Assembly: GCA_037200925.1 (NCBI GenBank)
Contig: JBBCGO010000001.1
Coordinates: forward strand, 888,235-952,234
Direction of reading: 5' to 3'
Length of the DNA stretch: 64,000 bases
DNA from: Candidatus Doudnabacteria bacterium
GTDB lineage: Bacteria > Patescibacteriota > Doudnabacteria > UBA920 > O2-02-FULL-48-8
Positions 63,893 through 64,000 of this stretch are shown here, in pieces (the first letter of the stretch is position 1; each line of letters starts with the position of its first letter). The position numbers were made by a program, and so were the translations under genes. The notes beneath the pieces are model-generated. The model had not been told where the DNA came from and did no database searches. It was given only the letters and a program-made list of their open reading frames with translations.

Positions 63893-64000
63893 ATGCCAGA
63901 ATATCAGATAGTCTGGCCGGAGGGGTTCGACCCCGGCAAATACCCGGTTCATAGTTACAACCAGCTGTTTATTCCGGCCTCAGCGGAAGATATTTGGCGA
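63893..64000 (+). CDS. Partial CDS, probable SRPBCC/polyketide-cyclase-like protein
   Basis: MPEYQIVWPEGFDPGKYPVHSYNQLFIPASAEDIW runs off the window. The I.A..E.IW pattern is typical of SRPBCC N-termini. Confidence 0.5.
   Translation, partial: MPEYQIVWPEGFDPGKYPVHSYNQLFIPASAEDIWR

Noticed and set aside
1-64000. Alternative genetic code (UGA=Gly/Trp) as in Gracilibacteria/Absconditabacteria
   Set aside because: Conserved genes end at TGA at their expected lengths (gatC, rodA, recX, ftsI), no in-frame TGA interrupts core genes, and the tRNA-Trp has a CCA anticodon.
1-64000. CRISPR array, cas genes, integron attC array, rRNA
   Set aside because: No regularly spaced repeat-spacer units, cas or integrase ORFs, or rRNA-like sequence were seen. 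The repeats found are dispersed palindromes.

Overview
A 64-kb chromosomal segment from a small-genome bacterium. The gene content points to Patescibacteria/CPR (inference): a PrgI/VirB4 mini-T4SS-like cluster, CPR-type pilins, a DUF5667-type anti-sigma factor, a short dcw cluster and no biosynthetic pathways. It uses the standard genetic code 11. Most of it is housekeeping: clpC, comF, recX, htpX-lemA, gatCAB, miaA, thrS, dnaE, rodA, rplY, prmC-prfA-rpmE, rpsB-tsf, rpmG, HU, mltG, rplJ-rplL and mraZ-rsmH-ftsL-ftsI-murF. There are also 8 tRNAs, a recG broken by three frameshifts, and small ORFan islands. The most striking signals are non-coding. (1) A ~115-125 nt two-domain structured element occurs in four divergent copies with compensatory base changes. 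Each copy abuts a functional 5' boundary: the rplJ and rplL start codons and the +1 of tRNA-Tyr and tRNA-Glu. Its terminal CGACG(A) motif also sits directly before tRNA-Arg and tRNA-Ser(GCT). (2) A mini-element duplicates the tRNA-Ser 3' end. (3) RPE-like palindromes are inserted in frame in prmC and miaA. (4) A T-box riboswitch on thrS has an ultra-short stem I. (5) There is a tRNA-Arg with a GCG anticodon. All family assignments come from reading motifs by eye; no database searches or folding programs were run.
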